A stretch of DNA of 64,000 nt from Candidatus Poribacteria bacterium. Its GTDB lineage: Bacteria > Poribacteria > WGA-4E > PCPOR2b. Within the stretch, counting starts at the first letter, position 1. Each line of letters begins with the position of its first letter. This document shows positions 59,843-64,000 of the stretch, piece by piece. The notes under the pieces were generated by a model. That model saw nothing but the letters and a program-made list of their open reading frames with translations, had not been told where the DNA came from and did not search any database. Position numbers and translations under genes: made by a program. The stretch lies in contig JAJDUM010000063.1 in the NCBI GenBank assembly GCA_022826645.1, forward strand, positions 11,657 to 75,656, written 5' to 3'.

Positions 59843-61039
59843 ATGAATATCAATCCTATTGTTATCGGCATGATCGGTGCCGGCTTTTCCGCAACATTCC
59901 ATGTCGAGAATTATCGACGCGTCCCCGGTATCGACTTACGGATTAAGGGGGTGACTGCGCGGAGCCAAGAGAGTGCCACCGCCTTCGCCGCAGAACATAA
60001 TCTGGAAACGGTTTATCCCACAGTTGAAGCCCTTTTTGCGGATGACGAAATAACTGTCGTCGATCTTTGTGTTCCCAACTATCTACACTATCCGCTAACC
60101 ATTCAGGCAGCCGAAGCAGGGAAACACATCATCTGTGAAAAGCCCTTGACAGGCTATTTTGGTGATGGTGGGGAGACGCTTGTGGGGCGTGAGACCTCCC
60201 GGCGCACAATGTTTGAAGCCGCGCTAAAGGCAGCGGATGAGATGGTAGATGCTGTTAAACGCAACGGCGTAACGTTCTGCTACGGGGAAAATTGGGTGCA
60301 CGCACCAAGCATACAGAAAGCAAACGACATCCTCGCACAGAGTGACAACACTATCCTCCGTATTATTGCCGAGGAGTCGCATAGCGGGTCGCATTCCGAT
60401 TACGCAAAGGAATGGCGTTACTCCGGGGGCGGTGCGCTTTACAACAAGGGGTGTCACCCCGTTGGTGGGACACTCTATCTCAAATACAACGAAGGGCAAC
60501 GGAAATATGGAAAACCCATCAAGCCCAAGAGTGTTGTCGCAGAGGTCGCAAACCTGACCCATATCGAAAGCTTTGTCAATGAGGACGAGAAGTGGATCAA
60601 GGAAGGTTGGAAGGATTGCGAAGACTGGGGATCTATGATCATCACGTTTGATGATGATACCATCGCACAGATCACCGCGTCAGATATTGTGCTTGGAGGT
60701 ATCCAGAACGTCCTGACGGTGTATTCAAGCAAGGCGGTGGTGCAGTGCAACATCAATCCTAACACTGGGATGTTGACGTACACGCCGAATGATCACGTTT
60801 TGGGCGATACCTATATTCGGGAGAAAGTAGAGACCCGCGCTGGCTGGCAGCTGACCAATCCTGACGAGGACTGGATGAACGGTTTTCCACACGAGCTTAC
60901 TGACTTCTGCGAGGCGATCGCTTGCGGACGACCTCCCAAGAGCACAGTAGAGTTGGGACGCGACATTCTCGCTGTGTGCTATGGGGCGTATATTTCGGCT
61001 GAAACGGGTGAGCGGGTTGACCTCTCTGAGTGGATGTAG
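59843..61039 (+). CDS. Gfo/Idh/MocA family oxidoreductase
   Basis: 398 aa; VIGMIGAGFSATFH Rossmann start, ICEKPL motif; AGGAGAG SD. Confidence 0.85.
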   Translation: MNINPIVIGMIGAGFSATFHVENYRRVPGIDLRIKGVTARSQESATAFAAEHNLETVYPTVEALFADDEITVVDLCVPNYLHYPLTIQAAEAGKHIICEKPLTGYFGDGGETLVGRETSRRTMFEAALKAADEMVDAVKRNGVTFCYGENWVHAPSIQKANDILAQSDNTILRIIAEESHSGSHSDYAKEWRYSGGGALYNKGCHPVGGTLYLKYNEGQRKYGKPIKPKSVVAEVANLTHIESFVNEDEKWIKEGWKDCEDWGSMIITFDDDTIAQITASDIVLGGIQNVLTVYSSKAVVQCNINPNTGMLTYTPNDHVLGDTYIREKVETRAGWQLTNPDEDWMNGFPHELTDFCEAIACGRPPKSTVELGRDILAVCYGAYISAETGERVDLSEWM

Positions 61040-61124
61040 AAGATTCGGTGGGACCAAATACCCAACGTTGCCTCTATAGTGTAATCTAATCGGAAACAAC
61101 CAATAACTTTCTGAGGAGCTACCC

Positions 61125-61526
61125 ATGAAATACATCGTAAAAACCAAAGAGATGCCATGGAAGCCGAAGTTCTTTCCCGGGGAAGAGAAACAGTATGGCG
61201 ACTTCAAACCACTATGGGAGGAACACGCTGCGGAGCAGTTTGAAGTCCGGCTGACACGAATTCCAGCAGGCGAAACAAATACGAAATACCATACCCATAC
61301 AAAAGAGGAGGAATGGTTCTACGTACTAAGCGGTTCGTGCCATATCCACATTGAAGGGGAGTGGTATCACATCGAGCAGGGTGATTCTGTTTTTAAGCCA
61401 ACCGGTGCCTACCACATCTTTAGGAACTTCGGAACAGAACCTTGTGAACTAATCATGTTGGGGACCAATGTGGAAGGAAGCGAGGTTCATCGTTTGCCGG
61501 AGCCGGAACCCCCAGAAACGGTATAA
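61125..61526 (+). CDS. cupin domain protein
   Basis: 133 aa; two-His cupin motif HTHTKEEEWFYVLSG ... GAYHIFRN. Confidence 0.7.
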   Translation: MKYIVKTKEMPWKPKFFPGEEKQYGDFKPLWEEHAAEQFEVRLTRIPAGETNTKYHTHTKEEEWFYVLSGSCHIHIEGEWYHIEQGDSVFKPTGAYHIFRNFGTEPCELIMLGTNVEGSEVHRLPEPEPPETV

Positions 61527-61550
61527 ATTAGGGATTATTTCTTCTCTCGC

Positions 61551-62375
61551 CTAAACCGCAGTATCCTCCCTGAAACGAAATGCGGTTTCTCCGGTGAATA
61601 CTGTGGAGGTGATCGTCGGGCACAAGTGCTTTTCAATGTGTTCGACGATCAAATCCGTTCCGCGGAAGTGACTAAAATTGAGCGACGTGGGCTGAAAAAA
61701 CGAATCCGTCAAGTCACGGCATAGCACCACATTTTTTCCGTGGTAGACCATCTGCCTCAGACCGAAAGGGCGACCGGAAACGCAGATATTGGTATGGACG
61801 CCCATCAATATGACGTTGTCAATGTCGCGCTCCTGCATCAGATTATAAACCTCTTGACCCTCATCGCTAATCGCATCCTTAGAAGCAATTTCGATAGTCT
61901 CAATCTGCCGGGTCCAAGGCACCTTTCCGCCCTTCCACTGCCGAACCCCATCGTCATCAGCAACCCAACCCGAACACGGTTCGATGCAGCCGCATCCACC
62001 GTTCTGTATAAAAGGTAGTGGTTCCCCTTCCCGTTCAGGATCCCAATAATTCCACTGGATTTCTACCGAAGATTCGGCAAACAGTGCTTCAATGGCACGG
62101 TGACGCTGTGGGGTCTCCTTGTAAAAGTCCATCGTACCGCTCGGCGCATGAATGATGAGTACCCCGGCCTCCCGCGCTGCTGACACGGTTCGATTCATCG
62201 TTGGCACCATCTCCGCGACCCGTTGAGCCGCATTCTTGCACGTATGGTCATCCCACATATCGCAGATAATAAGCCCAGTTTGGCGAGGATTCCACTGGAC
62301 AGTCTCCAGAAGTTCTTGGTCTTTGCGCCTACTGCGTTGTTCAAGGACGAGATTCTTCTGTTCTTGGTTGGTCAT
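61551..62375 (-). CDS. isochorismatase-family cysteine hydrolase
   Basis: 274 aa; LIICDMWDDH (Asp), K, and NVILMGVHTNICV (catalytic Cys) triad pattern. Confidence 0.8.
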   Translation of the reverse strand: MTNQEQKNLVLEQRSRRKDQELLETVQWNPRQTGLIICDMWDDHTCKNAAQRVAEMVPTMNRTVSAAREAGVLIIHAPSGTMDFYKETPQRHRAIEALFAESSVEIQWNYWDPEREGEPLPFIQNGGCGCIEPCSGWVADDDGVRQWKGGKVPWTRQIETIEIASKDAISDEGQEVYNLMQERDIDNVILMGVHTNICVSGRPFGLRQMVYHGKNVVLCRDLTDSFFQPTSLNFSHFRGTDLIVEHIEKHLCPTITSTVFTGETAFRFREDTAV

Positions 62376-62482
62376 TGTTTTCTACCTGTCCATTGTAACT
62401 GACGTAAGAGGTTGGAAGAATGGAAGGACTTGTTGCTTCCATTCTTCCGCTCAGATGGAAAATTTATTTCTACAGCACACAC

Positions 62483-63481
62483 CTACTCTTCGAATGCCGA
62501 ATCAAATGCACGTGCGGATGGTTCAAAGTCATAGCCCTTGACTGCGGCACAGGCTTCGCGTGCCCCGTGCTCTCGATCCATACCGCTGTCCTCCCATTCG
62601 ATGGAGAGCGGTCCTTCATATTCTATGTTATTGAGTGCACGAATGATTTCCTCGAAATCGATATTCCCACGACCAATTGACCGGAAATCCCAATAGCGTC
62701 GAGCATCACCAAAATCCAGGTGCCCACCAAACACGCCGGAGAGACGCGGGGTTGATGACCACCATACATCCTTCATGTGGGCGTGATAGATCCGATCGCT
62801 AAACCGCTCAATGAATGCGACATAATCAACGCCTTGATAGCCAAGATGGCTTGGATCGTAATTGAACCCGAACGTCTCACGTCCGTTGACCGCTTCGATG
62901 GCGCGTTCTGAACTCACGATGTCGAAAGCAATTTCGGTCGGATGGACTTCAAGCCCGAACTTAATTCCGACCTCATCAAACACATCGAAGATTGGATTCC
63001 AACGGTTAGCGAAATCTTCAAACCCTGCATCAATTTGCGTTGGGTCGTTCGGCGGGAAAGAATAGAGCAGGTGCCAGATACTGCTGCCGGTAAATCCATT
63101 GACAACGCTCACGCCAAGTCTTGCTGCAGCGCGGGCGGTGTTTTTCATCTCTTCCGCAGCACGTCCACGGACCCCTTCGGGATTGCCATCACCCCAGATA
63201 GCGGGCGACAAGATGGCTTCGTGCCGACTGTCAATATTGTCACAAATCGCCTGTCCAACAAGGTGATTACTAATCGACCATACCTTTAGTCCATATTTTG
63301 CTAAGAGGTCATGTCGTCCTTGGCAGTAGCTATCATCTTCAAGGGCTTTGTCGACTTCAAAATGATCTCCCCAACATGCCAACTCCAGTCCATCATATCC
63401 CCAATCGCTGGCTTTTTGCGCTAATTCTTCAAGTGTTAAATCTGCCCACTGCCCCGTGAATAGTGTTACCGGTCTTGCCAT
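62483..63481 (-). CDS. sugar phosphate isomerase/epimerase (xylose-isomerase-like TIM barrel)
   Basis: 332 aa; [22 protein letters not shown], metal-binding E/D/H/E pattern. Confidence 0.85.
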   Translation of the reverse strand: MARPVTLFTGQWADLTLEELAQKASDWGYDGLELACWGDHFEVDKALEDDSYCQGRHDLLAKYGLKVWSISNHLVGQAICDNIDSRHEAILSPAIWGDGNPEGVRGRAAEEMKNTARAAARLGVSVVNGFTGSSIWHLLYSFPPNDPTQIDAGFEDFANRWNPIFDVFDEVGIKFGLEVHPTEIAFDIVSSERAIEAVNGRETFGFNYDPSHLGYQGVDYVAFIERFSDRIYHAHMKDVWWSSTPRLSGVFGGHLDFGDARRYWDFRSIGRGNIDFEEIIRALNNIEYEGPLSIEWEDSGMDREHGAREACAAVKGYDFEPSARAFDSAFEE

Positions 63482-63569
63482 CTTATTCCTCCTTGTATTA
63501 GGTCATAAAAAGTAAGGGGTTGGTAAGAAATCTGCCAACCCCGTAGGATAATAGATATTACATTTCACT

Positions 63570-64000
63570 TTATGCTGGTGGTGCGTAGCTCGCGTCTACC
63601 CATCCCCGTTTATTTCCACTTTCTACCGCTTTGTGGATGAAATGGACACCTCGTGCGCCATCCTGTACGGTTGGATAATCTGTATCGAACGCGTTTGGTA
63701 TTTCACCGGACAGTTTTGCAGCAAGCGTGCGTGCAGCGTTGACATAGACATTTGCAAACGCCTCTATGAACGCTTCTGGATGTCCAAACGGTAGGCGTGA
63801 GTTGTGCGCCGCAATCGGGGCAACGTAATCATTACCGCGCTTATACACATGTTCAGGACCATCGGGGTAACGGACAGAGAGATAATTCGGATTCTCCTGA
63901 TGCCATTCAAGCGAGGCTTTCGTACCATAGACGCGGATGCGAAGATTGTTCTCTTCGCCAACAGAAATTTGCGATGCGTACAGCACCCCTCGCGCACCGC
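63570..64000 (-). CDS. Gfo/Idh/MocA family oxidoreductase, C-terminal part (5' end beyond window)
   Basis: Reading frame open to window end; C-terminal alpha/beta domain sequence (GHPEAFIEAFANVY, GVHFIHKAVESG). Confidence 0.65.
   Translation of the reverse strand, partial: GARGVLYASQISVGEENNLRIRVYGTKASLEWHQENPNYLSVRYPDGPEHVYKRGNDYVAPIAAHNSRLPFGHPEAFIEAFANVYVNAARTLAAKLSGEIPNAFDTDYPTVQDGARGVHFIHKAVESGNKRGWVDASYAPPA

Overview
This 64-kb window is a densely coding bacterial chromosomal segment of about 50% GC. It carries roughly 49 protein genes on both strands. No rRNA or tRNA genes and no CRISPR array were found. Housekeeping genes are recognisable: clpB, lysA, argJ, maf, tsaB, udk and a DEAD-box helicase. 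They are interleaved with an accessory-type repertoire, listed below.

- A cell-envelope cluster on the minus strand (positions 1-7291): a DUF5916/CBM9-like protein, a TPR/TolB-propeller protein, a MacB-type permease, an HlyD-family membrane-fusion adaptor and an LTXXQ (Spy/CpxP-like) periplasmic protein.
- A giant 2311-aa surface protein with about 19 Ig-like repeats, FlgD-Ig-like domains at both ends and a T9SS-CTD-like tail. It is immediately followed by a PorV/FadL-like outer-membrane beta-barrel gene.
- An unusual pair: a protein with a nucleoside-2-deoxyribosyltransferase-like C-terminal domain, next to a RimK-type ATP-grasp ligase.
- Seven phytanoyl-CoA-dioxygenase (PhyH)-family paralogs, five Gfo/Idh/MocA oxidoreductases, a Cys-type sulfatase, a lactonase, an aldo/keto reductase, cupins and TIM-barrel sugar isomerases.
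- An Rpn/YhgA-like nuclease gene with in-frame tandem repeats.

The intergenic DNA contains a family of REP-like 'CGTAG + hairpin' elements. It also contains a 118-bp element with terminal inverted repeats, present twice at about 95% identity.

The gene content resembles that of marine PVC-, FCB- or Poribacteria-like heterotrophs. This is inference only; no taxonomic marker is present in the window.
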